DNA of 60,621 nt, the filler included, from Nemertoderma westbladi (lineage: Eukaryota > Animalia > Xenacoelomorpha), in assembly GCA_032718475.1 (NCBI GenBank). It is 3 parts of 3 records of this genome, joined end to end, with 100 filler letters (N's around TTAATTAATTAA, not from the genome) between each part and the next. Parts side by side here need not be neighbours in the genome. Positions count along the whole stretch, not along the records: positions 48,650 to 60,621 come from JAUCBJ010007132.1; 2 more parts are not named here. One strand, given 5' to 3'. Below, piece by piece: positions 49,111 through 60,621 of this stretch. How positions within the stretch are numbered: the stretch's first letter is position 1; each line of letters opens with the position of its first letter. The notes under the pieces are model-generated. The model saw only the letters and a list, made by a program, of their open reading frames with translations, made no database searches and was not told the DNA's origin. Both the position numbers and the translations under genes were made by a program.

Positions 49111-49391
49111 GTTAGTAACACGAGGGCTAGTGTTCGTAACACGAGGGCACGTGTTAGCTAACACGAGGGCTCGTGTTAGCTAACACGAGGGCTCGTGTTA
49201 GCTAACACGAGGGCTCGTGTTAGCTAACACGAGGGCTCGTGTTAGTAACACGAGGGCTCATGTTAGCTAACACGTGGGCTCGTGTTAGCTAACACGTGGG
49301 CTCGTGATAGCTAACACGACGGCTCGTGTTAGCTAACACGAGGGCTCGTGTTAGAAAAATATTTTTCTCATGTCCCTTCCCGGGCTCCGTA
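49111..49391. repeat. 22-bp palindromic tandem array ending in a probable DNA-transposon terminus
   Basis: About 10 units of CTCGTGTTAGCTAACACGAG-gg, then catgtcccttcccgggctccgta. Confidence 0.8.
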
Positions 49392-50924
49392 ATTTTCTAG
49401 TAGAGCAAAAAAATTTAAAAAATGCGATTGTTAAATTATTATCCAAAATTGTATACAAATTTAGGTGGTCGTTCTCCCAACAAGAACTGAATAAATAATA
49501 GTTCATTAAAACAGCATTAAAATTTAAAGCGGGAAGGTACTTTTTATTAATGAATATCTTGTATAATTTTCAATCCAGGCACATATTAATTGTTTTCCTG
49601 TAATTCTATTGATGTGTGCCGCTTCCTGACGAAGTGGCATCTTGTTAAAGCTGTCAATCACCCAGTTGGCGGGCTACTAACTACATTGCAAAGAGGGGAG
49701 GTAGAGTCGGTTGGCTTGGCTTGCTTGGCTGGGTTTATCAAGGCCTCTCTCTCTCTCACTCTCTCCCCCTGGCCACTCCATTGTATTCACATTCCATTGG
49801 TAGCTTGGTCTGTGTAAGTGGCAATCAACTAGTTGGAGTGCTCTGGTATAATGGTTCTCTACGTGGGTGTATCTCTAGGTAGACGTCAGCGAATAAAGGC
49901 TTCAAGTCTCCCTCACACTCGGGCGTCATGTCTCCCCACACGGGCTTTTTTTATATTAATTGATATAATTTCAAAACGGCTGAACCAAAACTGGAAAACA
50001 ATATATGGCAGGATAGTGCAATAATTAGTCAACACATGTTGTGAATTACAATTAACATAAAGTAAAATAAGGATGCGATATTTCATTCCTTGTAAAGGGC
50101 AAAAATTTACTTTTGAACCCAGAAAACGTTTATTGACAATAAAACAAAAAATAACCAAAAGGTAATAAAACATTGTTGCGCGGGTGTAAAGCCAACACGT
50201 ATTTTACACATTTTTGTGTGGCATTGTTAAATAATTTATAATAGTTTTTATGAGTTATTAAAAAAAATCAAGTATCCCCTAAAGTCAAGTCTCCCTCACT
50301 CACCCTACTGCAGTACTGGCTCTACTGCTGCTCTATATAGTTGAACCTTACGTTTCCGACGTATCCTATGTGACTACCAAATCCTGAACAGCCTGATTAA
50401 TGCGGCCCATGCCTCCCCCTACAGTATTGTTCCTTATAGTCGATATGGTGGGTGTCCGCGTTGATTGCAAGTTGGTGCAACCAGAGAAGGGGTCATTGCT
50501 ATGCACATTGTTAAAGTTGCTAAATTTGAGGTCATTTTTCTCCTGGTTGCTAATGCTATGGTCGAATATTTATTATTAACCAGTAAACTATAGTTACTTC
50601 CAATGCATAGATAGCAGCAATCATTTTACAGCGACAGTTAATAGATGACACGTAGCTATGCACATTGTCTCCGTTACATACTAAAGTATGTTGTTTAGGG
50701 GTCTATAAATAAATTACCCACGGTAAACTTTTTTGGGGGATTTATCTGAACAACTACTCAACAAACTGCTTCAATAGCGAAAAATGATATTATAAGATTG
50801 TGGGCAAATAAATAATATATCGCTTAGCCTATAATGGCCCTTTAATGGTACCGACCTATATTTCAAATTGAAGGCGATACCTAAGATATCGCCTTGATTG
50901 ACATATCGCATTACAAATCTAAGA

Positions 50925-51230
50925 TCCGGGTTATTATGAATTATTGAGAGCCCGCGGGTTACGAATTGGAGTTCCTTGTTACGAATCTATAGTATGTTCT
51001 ATTGTATATTCCCAGTTACCATCAGTTTGTCCAGCTTCGAATTTGAGCACTGGTTTCGAATTGGAGTTCAGTTACAGATTTGAGTACCTGGTTACGAATC
51101 AGAATTCCCAGTTATGAATCTGAGCATACCGGTATATGGTTTGGTTATGAATCTGTGTTCCCGGTTGCAAAGAAATGTGTACGGTTAAGAATCTGAGCAC
51201 CCTGTTACGAATAGGAGTTCCTGGTTACAC
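50925..51230. repeat. Degenerate tandem repeat of about 21 bp
   Basis: Recurrent ggttacgaat(c/t)(t/g)gagt(t/a)cc. Confidence 0.55.
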
Positions 51231-51822
51231 CTGAATTGCCTAAAGTTGGATAACGTTTCTGATTAAGGTTCGAATGAGACAAAGGGTCGAAAGGTCGTGT
51301 CAAAGGTTCGAAATTGAGACCTAAGTGAATATAAGTAGGCCTATTGATGTTGTTTTGGTTAGAAACGCCTGTCGCTGTTACCTGCTATTACCTTTCATAT
51401 AAAGCCTTTCATATTATAACACCGAGCTAAAATTATATTTAAGGGGGTTTTCGGGGTCGCTGATTTAATTTCCGATGTTAGTTATAATATTTGGTGGAAT
51501 CTAGTCTCTTCCTCGGTCGGTCGGTAGGCACAGTACACAATAAGGGTGGACCGAAAATCAGTTTTTCATAGACGGTCGGATATTAAACATAACTAAAGAG
51601 AGAAAAAGTTTCTCATTAGTTTTGTTTTATTGCCCTAATTATTTCTAACAGAGTTTTGTGTGATGTCATTATTATATTGCTATTATTTTGTTAATATTAT
51701 GTTCTATTTAATTGTTGACAATATTTTTAGTTATTAGATTATTTGTTTATTAATGAATAATTTTCAAAAATATATGTTTACATTTTCTCAAAAATAGTAG
51801 GGCCTAATAATAATTATTTAAC

Positions 51823-51921
51823 ACATGTGAAAAAAGTAGAATATTTTTTCACTATTCTCGAGGTATTTTATTTATCGAGCGCCAGAATATTGTAAAAAAT
51901 ATTCTACTTTTTTCCACATGT
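51823..51921. repeat. Inverted repeat of about 100 bp (MITE-like remnant)
   Basis: acatgtgaaaaaagtagaatattttt ... aaaaatattctacttttttccacatgt. Confidence 0.7.
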
Positions 51922-53052
51922 AATACGTAATTTTATTCTTAAATTGGTACTCTTTTGTTGCTTAATTCTTTAATAAATGATAGAACGAAATAGTGGTACA
52001 AAATAAATTGAACTGCAGTATTTTACTAACCAATAAAACAATGAGAGGAGTTATTTGTGATACAAGGCTAAACTGTATCGAGGTATATTTATTATGTGTG
52101 GGGCGAGCCTAAAAGGTTTGAAACACTCTCACTCAATGTATCAGAATGGGGATAAAAAAATTACTGAGATAAACTCGTTCAAGTTCTTACCCCCTGGATA
52201 ACGCCATACGCGGTGACAATGTCAAAAATATTTGTTTATAACATTTCGTTACCTGTTATAATATATAATAATAAATAACAATATTATTATTATTTATACC
52301 GTTAAACCACAACAACCAAAAAATTCGAAATTAAATAGCACAACAAAGATATTAAGTAAATTACACTAAAACAATTTAAATATTAATATTATTCACGATA
52401 TAATTATACAATACATGTTAAAGACAATAACGTTATGTTCTAGAATTTATCTTGATAGAGTGATAACGAATCACCCCCTCTATTTTTTTTTCAAAAAAAT
52501 GTAATGCAAAATACACAAGTCGCATTGTGGAAATCATTCGTCGCTAACGTTATTAGTTTATGAGATGGGAAGGTGGCGTTTTTGGAATTACAAATCGTAA
52601 CGAAATATGAACTTATTAGCCTAGTTTACATAAAGTTTGAGTTAACAAAGTCATGGCGGGCCATATTCTAATTGTAAAATTATTGTAATATCTATAAATC
52701 TCACATTCATCCATAATTTTAATACATAATGAAATAGCTTCTATAGGATAATAAAACTTTTCACTATTTGAATCCCGATTTCCAGGTAAATTCAGATGTG
52801 TAATAATCGAAACGCCACCTATCGGTACTAAGACCAACAATGTAATATTTTAAGTCAATCAAGTAAGAATCAGTTTAAAGACCTGCTTATTTCGTAAGAA
52901 GAAATCCGATGTATTGTATTTGTGAATAAACATTAAGTAACACATAATACCGAAATCATATTAATATTATTGGATATTTGCATTAACACAAAATAAAATA
53001 AATGGATTATAATAACTACTAAATAATAATAACAACCTATGAGCTGCATTAT

Positions 53053-53533
53053 TAATAAAAGTGAGATAAGCTCAATTATAAATTTTTGTAAATATTTCGA
53101 TCCACATAGTGGACATCTTCAGTGAATTACTGACTGTAAATAGAATTCATGGTAAAACTGACTAAAGGGCCTAACTAAATACTGAAATACACATAATACA
53201 GAATGAATACTGTACATAGTACCGGTACACGGTAAATTGAACCAATCAAATACGACCTCCACCGACCATAAATTCTAGATTATCTGTACAAGTACGGGGC
53301 TAGTTGTAAGTTACTAAATGAATTATACTAGGTCGGTGGAGGTCGTATTTGATTGGTTCAATTAACGGTGTACCGGTACTATGTACAGTAATCATTCTGT
53401 ATTATGTGCATTTCAGTATTTAGTTAGGCCCTTTAGTCAGTTTTACTATGAATTCTATTTACAGTCATTAATTCACTGAAGATGTCCACTATGTGGATCG
53501 AAATATATTTGGTAGCGCTTATCTCACTTTTAT
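53053..53533. mobile_element. Foldback element with a hammerhead motif in each arm, 10-bp TSD (Penelope pLTR-like)
   Basis: Arms 53092-53267 and 53331-53506 (about 6 mismatches) plus outer ataaaagtgagataagc arms; GCTGCATTAT at 53043 and 53534. Confidence 0.75.
53470..53515 (+). ncRNA. Minimal hammerhead ribozyme motif (mirror copy on the minus strand near 53090-53128)
   Basis: CTGAAGA-tgTCCACtatGTGGAtc-GAAA-tatATT. Confidence 0.6.
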
Positions 53534-53718
53534 GCTGCATTATATAATTCACTAATAATGGCATTGACAGTCAATATATGATCTACGGTTCTTATGAATA
53601 ACAATATTAATGTATCTTAACTTATTTATTACAATGCAAAATATTGAAATCAAGACATTTGGCTAGAGCCACACGTGGAAAGGTAGAAAAATTGGGACAT
53701 CAGCCACAATTAAATCTA

Positions 53719-53783
53719 TATAAAATAAACAGGTAAACAGTAACAGTGTTACTGAAGACTAGTGTTTACCTGTTTATTTTATA
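53719..53783. repeat. Small palindrome, 21-bp arms
   Basis: tataaaataaacaggtaaaca ... tgtttacctgtttattttata. Confidence 0.7.
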
Positions 53784-55664
53784 ACAAGCCCCAGTTAGAC
53801 AGTATGATAATTACCTTTAATTATTCTATAATTACAATTAAATCTGTCAAATGCCATATGGCATTCTCTGTCTGTGTTAGTAGTATTTTTTACAATTAAG
53901 ACTTACAATGACATTTTTTGGAGGATGTATTAAGATGCTAAGCCAAACATTCTGGCCCTAATGAAAATTAGAAACCATAAGCCAAACTAAGCTCGAATAT
54001 GATCACCCATACCATAAACGCCTTTTAGTTGCAGGTTGCCCAATTGTCTAGAATTTTATCGTAATAATATTACCTACGTAATGCTAATAGTAAGCACATT
54101 TACTGCACCAAAATATATAACTTAGATAAGGAAAATAAAATCTAAAGCACATAAATATTAAGTAGGCCAGGCCTACAATAAATTATTGTGGGGTGGTCCT
54201 CATTTTAGATAGAAATATATTTTTGTATAATGTTTCAAGAGAAACATCGACCAGAAAAAGTTTCAGAAAATTTGAATGAGTTAAAGGGCACATGACTAGA
54301 AGATTTTAACTGTTGCGACTGGGGCAACTGTCTAATTTCCTCAAATTTGGTGATAACCACCTTCTGCTACTCCTATTAGCTCATTCAAATAGTGAGTATT
54401 ATATTACATATAGCGCAGAAGGTGAAGGCGGCTACACAACCGGTAGTTAGGGCCAACTGTAAATGCGCCGAGTTAATGGCGCAAATTAAACAATAACAAT
54501 GTGTTAAGTGGGTTTGAAAAATTAATTTAATTTAGAGCATTTAGGGAAAGGAGCAGGTTGCAGTAGCAGTGTTTTCTGACTAAAACAATAAACTAAACTT
54601 TATAGTTTATTTCATATGCTACCAATTTGCAGTGGAGATCGCTTTCTTCACTTGCGGTGAATGTGCGCCACTATGCGCGCTACAATTTGCGCCACAATTT
54701 GCGCCACTATCAGAATGCGATATAGTCAAGTCCACTAATAATGATACTACGAATTACTTAACCTGATCACAAATAGGTTATTAAAACCGTAATTATCGAT
54801 TTAATGGCTGTAGACGCCTTCAAAATAAGAGAACAGTGAATGAGTGCTGATTAATGAGGTTGAGCGTAAGGCCAATGCGACAGCCGTACCAAAAATTGGT
54901 CGGACCCAAATTGAGGATTTGAGGTGGTCGGCCCAACTTCCGTAACAGTTAAAATCTTTAATTATTCACCAACCAAAAGCACCACAAGATGTTATTCAAT
55001 ATTACGAAATTTGGATGATGGCCTTTTTCAATATGCGAAACAAAAAACAGAGTAAAACATATAAAATTCGAAATGCCAATAAGGACCACCCTAATAAGTT
55101 GTATAATTAATATAATAATATACCAAAAAATAATTAACATATATATAATATAATATATGAATCACACTACTTATTAGTAATACATATTTAAATTTGCTGA
55201 AACCTGCTTTTACAGCGGTATCAACAAACATGGGGGCGAGCCAATTACAAAGACAGAATGTTAAAATGAGGGTAATGATTGACAAAAAAAATGATAAAAC
55301 GAATACCTGAATGGCCAGACATGGTAACAGGAACCGTTAGGGTTGTAAGTACTGTGTGAACGCTCTACTGTAACTCATTACAGCGTGCTTTCATAAATCA
55401 AGTATAATATCTCCCGCCAGCATTACATCATTAATACAACGAGAAACTAATTAATCCCAGCCAGCTAAGCCGGCGTAATTAGCTGGTATAATGATCGACC
55501 GGTGAGGAGGAGCTGTGGTGAGTGACCGTTTAGGATAATAAGATGATTTAATAACTTTAATTAATTACTGTGTAGATACTATGGCAATGTAATTATTGGA
55601 TGTAGGTCAGTGGCAGAACCTCAGAATGTACAGTACAATGGATGTAGCTAGGTTCAGTTTATAT

Positions 55665-57720
55665 CCACTTCTCCAGTTTATAGCTACTGCTACAGTTTAT
55701 AGCCACTGCTCCAGTTTATAGCTACTGTTCCAGTTTATAGCCACTGCTACAGTTTATAGCCATGCTACAGTTTATAGCCACTGCTCCAGTTTATAGCCAC
55801 TGCTACAGTTTATAGCCACTGCTCCAGTTTATAGCCACTGCTCCAGTTTATAGCCACTGCTACAGTTTATAGCCACTGCTACAGTTTATAGCCACTGCTA
55901 CAGTTTATAGACACTGCACCAGTTTATAGCCACTGCTACAGTTTATAGTCAGTGTTCCAGTTTATTGCCACTGCTACAGTTTATAGTCACTGCTACAGTT
56001 TATAGCCACTGCTCCAGTTTATAGCTACTGTTCCAGTTTATAGCCACTGCTACAGTTTATAGCCATGCTACAGTTTATAGCCACTGCTCCAGTTTATAGC
56101 TACTGTTCCAGTTTATAGCCACTGCTACAGTTTATAGCTACTGTTCCAGTTTATAGCCACTGCTACAGTTTATAGCCATGCTACAGTTTATAGCCACTGC
56201 TCCAGTTTATAGCTACTGTTCCAGTTTATAGCCACTGCTACAGTTTATAGCCACTGTTCCAGTTTATAGCCACTGCTACAGTTTATAGCCACTGCTACAG
56301 TTTATAGCTACTGCTACAGTTTATAGCCACTGCTCCAGTTTATAGCTACTGTTCCAGTTTATAGCCACTGCTCCAGTTTATAGCTACTGCTCCAGTTTAT
56401 AGCTACTGCTACAGTTTATAGCCACTGCTCCAGTTTATAGCTACTGTTCCAGTTTATAGCCACTGTTACAGTTTATAGCCATGCTACAGTTTATAGCCAC
56501 TGCTCCAGTTTATAGCTACTGTTCCAGTTTATAGCCACTGCTACAGTTTATAGCCACTGTTCCAGTTTATAGCCACTGCTACAGTTTATAGCCACTGCTA
56601 CAGTTTATAGCCACTGCTGCAGTTTATAGCTACTGTTCCAGTTTATAGCCACTGCTACAGTTTATAGCCACTGCTGCAGTTTATAGCCACTGCTACAGTT
56701 TATAGCCACTGCTACAGTTTATAGCCACTGCTGCAGTTTATAGCTACTGTTCCAGTTTATAGCCACTGCTACAGTTTATAGCCACTGCTGCAGTTTATAG
56801 CCACTGCTACAGTTTATAGCCACTTCTGCAGTTTATAGCTACTGTTCCAGTTTATAGCCACTGCTACAGTTTATAGCCACTGCTGCAGTTTATAGCCACT
56901 GCTACAGTTTATAGCCACTGCTACAGTTTATAGCCACTGCTACAGTTTATAGACACTGCACCAGTTTATAGCCACTGCTACCGTTTATAGCCACTGTTCC
57001 AGTTTATAGCTACTGTTCCAGTTTATAGCCACTGCTACAGTTTATAGCCACTTCTACACCTTGGTGTAGGTTCCACCTTGGTGTAGTGGTTGCATTGAAT
57101 TCACATATCCCGTAGGTCGTGGGTTCGATCCTCACATGGGCCAAGGCAGTTTTCGTTTCGGCACGAATGCTTTAAAGGGACCAGCCAGGGCGAATCTCTG
57201 CATTGCATCCTTAAGTGGTAGCTAAATGAGTACTGGAGTTTCCTCTGGGGAGTAAAGTTCTGGGGGGGCCGCAATGGAAATAAGTCGTCAGACTTTGTGC
57301 GTAATCCCTGGCCTAGCGGCCGAAGAAAATTTACTTTTTTTTTACTTTTACAGTTTATAGCCACTGTTCCAGTTTATAGCTACTGTTCCAGTTTATAGCC
57401 ACTGCTACAGTTTATAGCCACTGCTCCAGTTTATAGCCTCTGCCCCAGTTTATAGCTAATGTTCCAGTTTATAGCCACTGCTACAGTTTATAGCTACTGT
57501 TCCAGTTTATAGCCACTGCTACAGTTTATAGACACTGCACCAGTTTATAGCTACTGTTCCAGTTTATAGCCACTGTTCCAGTTTATAGCTACTGTTCCAG
57601 TTTATAGCCTATAGCTACTGTTCCAGTTTATAGCTACTGAGCTCCCCACTGCTCCAGTTTATAGCTACTGAGCTCCCCACTGCTCCAGTTTATAGCTACT
57701 GAGCTCCCCATTGCTCTATT
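55665..57720. repeat. 19-bp minisatellite (about 90 units) interrupted by a SINE
   Basis: (ccactgctacagtttatag)n with variants. Confidence 0.96.
57069..57351 (+). mobile_element. tRNA-derived SINE (copy 2) inserted in the minisatellite
   Basis: Close match to 10780-11065; A and B boxes; TTTAC tail. Confidence 0.88.
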
Positions 57721-60276
57721 TATAAGCATGTGAAGTGAACTATGACACATAGCCATGACTTCTTCTCTGAGATGCTATGAATTATTTATACCACTGGATG
57801 TCATTGTTTTAATTACAATATGAATTATTCTTGGATTTGGATTTTAATTATAATTATATAATTATCATTATCATTTGGTTACGATTGTTACGATTGTAAA
57901 CAATCAAAATATCAAAAACCAATTTATAATCTACTAAATTTAACGGCGCTAAATTAAAACTATGTAAATAAATAACGTGAAATTTATATTCTATCCGCAA
58001 AATTATAAGGCGAATTATTCAATTGGATTAGCAAGGTCGCCCCTAGAGGTGCGATAACCACTGGAGGAGTTAATTACCTCGTCCAGGAAATCGGAAAAGA
58101 AAACCGCTGTAAAGCTTAACCCCACAAAGCTTTAGAAGGAAAGCATGTATATGAGGTTTGGGTGAAATCAGCCAGTATAAGCTAAGCATATCCTTCCATG
58201 GGAACTGCGCTACATCCATGTGCCTAGTGCCAATATTATTACCAGGGAAAATCATACTCTGGGATTCGGGAATAATTAAACAAGCCTTTTAAATAGTTGT
58301 GTTATGCGCTGTGCCGAGGTCGAATTAAAGTAATTGTCCACCACTGCGACTGCGCTAAATATACAAAGACAAAATATTTTAATTTCGCATGTAATAATAT
58401 TATTATAGTCACTGTAACTCGTCAGCACCAACCGCATGATATTGTACCACACCACAAGGAATTAACATGGTGTGCCCTGTCCATGTCCATTACAGGCAAG
58501 ACATGGACAAAGTGGGACGATTCTAGTGAAACTAAGATAATTTATACAAGATGTAAGAACTGAACAGCGACCTTGCGGCGATGATAAACGTAATTATTCC
58601 TAATTATATCCAGGAAACAGAGGAACAGAAGCCATAATGTTTTCTACGACCCAGAAACGACAAATTCATTGGGAAAGAGATATATCACATTACTAAATGT
58701 AATGCTACATACACACACTATGGATGGGATGGGATGCTGAATGGGGTGTAATGTATGCAGTTAGTTGTAGATGTCAAGTCAACAATATGAGTAAGCAATA
58801 TCCACACACCCTCAGGATTACTAAAAACTAACATAACTCAGGGAAAATTAGTTGGACAAATGGTTGAATAAATATTATGCGTACAAATTAAGTATATATG
58901 GACATGGAGATAAGGATGGGGGTTGGGGGGGGGGGGGGGGGCTTTCCGGTACACCAAATAAATACAAAACCAAGAAATAAAGTAATGAGTATGAAAAATT
59001 ACCGTCTACCCTCGAAGAATATAATATTAATATGTATAATACTAAACTTACTGTTATGTACCATCCTCTCTGTAAGATGATACATTATCTGGAAGCTCTC
59101 CTAAGTAACATTATTACAATAGCAATCAATTTAACTAACTAAACTATAACTACAATTTGTTGTAACGTAGTAAATAAATAGTACTATCATTAAACAAGTG
59201 TTTATTCAATACCTGAAACATTATTAGCAGGTTGAACATGACGAATGTTAAGTTTATAGATGTTCATTTTACAATTACACTGTTTATAATTAGGGTTTAA
59301 AAAATTTCCCATGAAAGTTTTGAATTGTTTGAATTTTTTGTGAAATAAAATGAATTTTTTTTTAATTTTTGTATTTTTTAAATTGAACAATGCAGGGTGT
59401 GGATTTGTGGGGATGAGCATGAGGGGTACCTGGGGCCTAATTTATGAAGCGGGAAGTTTACGAAGTTTTAATTAAAAGTTAAAATTTAATATTTTTGAAA
59501 TTTTAAATTTCAAAAATTTTATTGAAACGTTTCACGGGAAATAATTCAAGTCTATGAATTTTTTAAATCCTAGTTTATTTTACTCCAGATACACTTTATT
59601 TTACTCCAATTCTTCGCCAAAATCCGGATTTATTAACGAATAACACAGTAAAATCAAGTGGATTATTTATCAAGATGCAAATAGTTATTTAATATAATAT
59701 TATTGTTATTACTTTTTAAATACATCTACATCTAACTAAACAAAATATGTTAAATTTGTCAATGGTTCGTCGAATATTATACTACTCACTGCACAGTGAC
59801 CATTTCTACTTACACTTACCTTACATAAATATTATATATACATAAAATAATGCACCATTTACAACACCGAAAGCAAAATACTTCACATCGGTACAAAGAC
59901 ATTAACTATTACACACAAGGAATGTATCAGCTCTTACGAAATTAAATGGAAAATTTGAGGAATTTGAAAAATTTATTGTAAATATTTTCCCTAAACAAAA
60001 CTAACAGGCAGGCCGCAGGATACGATAATAGTGTTTCTAACCAAAACAATAAACATATTTCCCATCTTGAGCCATTTTTTCCTATTCGTAACCTTTTTCC
60101 CCAACCGTACTGTTCATTTAGGTTATACCAAAATCGTTCATGAAATTGTTCATAGGTGTCGCGATATTAAAAATGGATAACATGATATTCCTAGATTAAC
60201 TACAACACAATCAGCACATCAATAACAAACCTGAAGTTATGTTGATTCAATAACAGTACCTATGTCGATAATAGAC

Positions 60277-60621
60277 TCACTTGTTCTCAATGATCTCGTG
60301 GAGTCTATGGACGAGGTTGCGGCTGAGTTGGAGAACGTGTTGGGCGTCGTGTTTCTCGGCCATCTCGTTGAAGAACTTAATGATATCGGTGAAGTCCATG
60401 TTGTTATCGAGGATAATGTCTCTGTAGGCCTCGACAAGAGCCAACGCGATAAAGAGCACGAAGTTGTTCGTGGTCACAGACTGGGCGGCCCAGATGGTCT
60501 CCCACACCGCGAAGACGTCGTCGTAGACGAGCTCGCGCTTAAAGTCGAGGAGGAACCAGCGGTAGCAGAAGTAGAAGTGGGTGTAGTCGCCATTCTGGTG
60601 GAACAACTCGAACAGTTCGGG
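60277..60621 (-). CDS. SGSM2: Small G protein signalling modulator 1/2 (RUN-TBC Rab-GAP), terminal coding exon (partial)
   Basis: [17 protein letters not shown]...[14 protein letters not shown]...[14 protein letters not shown]...IENK* matches the SGSM1/2 C-terminus; runs off the window. Confidence 0.88.
   Translation of the reverse strand, partial: PELFELFHQNGDYTHFYFCYRWFLLDFKRELVYDDVFAVWETIWAAQSVTTNNFVLFIALALVEAYRDIILDNNMDFTDIIKFFNEMAEKHDAQHVLQLSRNLVHRLHEIIENK

Overview
AT-rich, transposon-dense eukaryotic (invertebrate animal) genomic DNA with two 100-bp assembly gaps carrying a TTAATTAATTAA linker. Host genes: a two-exon secreted fibrinogen-related (FReD) protein, an intronless divergent Arf GTPase, an intronless GTSF1/Asterix-like piRNA factor with a GRG-rich tail, a three-exon class A GPCR on the minus strand (26709-44437), the last exon of SGSM1/2, and one orphan ORF. 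Mobile DNA: about seven copies or fragments of an RTE-clade LINE (one full length with an intact 1094-aa ORF), a TTAA-flanked piggyBac-like non-autonomous element, a Penelope-like element with a hammerhead ribozyme motif, pogo, hAT-like and BEL/Pao relics, several MITEs, a tRNA-derived SINE and several tandem arrays. Most notable: (1) a tandemly duplicated, covarying RNA structure with a possible pseudoknot in the RTE 5' UTR that fits no ribozyme class I know; (2) a TSD-flanked foldback element with two outward-facing hammerhead motifs; (3) a multi-layer TE stack inside a GPCR intron; (4) two satellites amplified from one dispersed motif. All family assignments come from motif recognition by eye; no searches were run.
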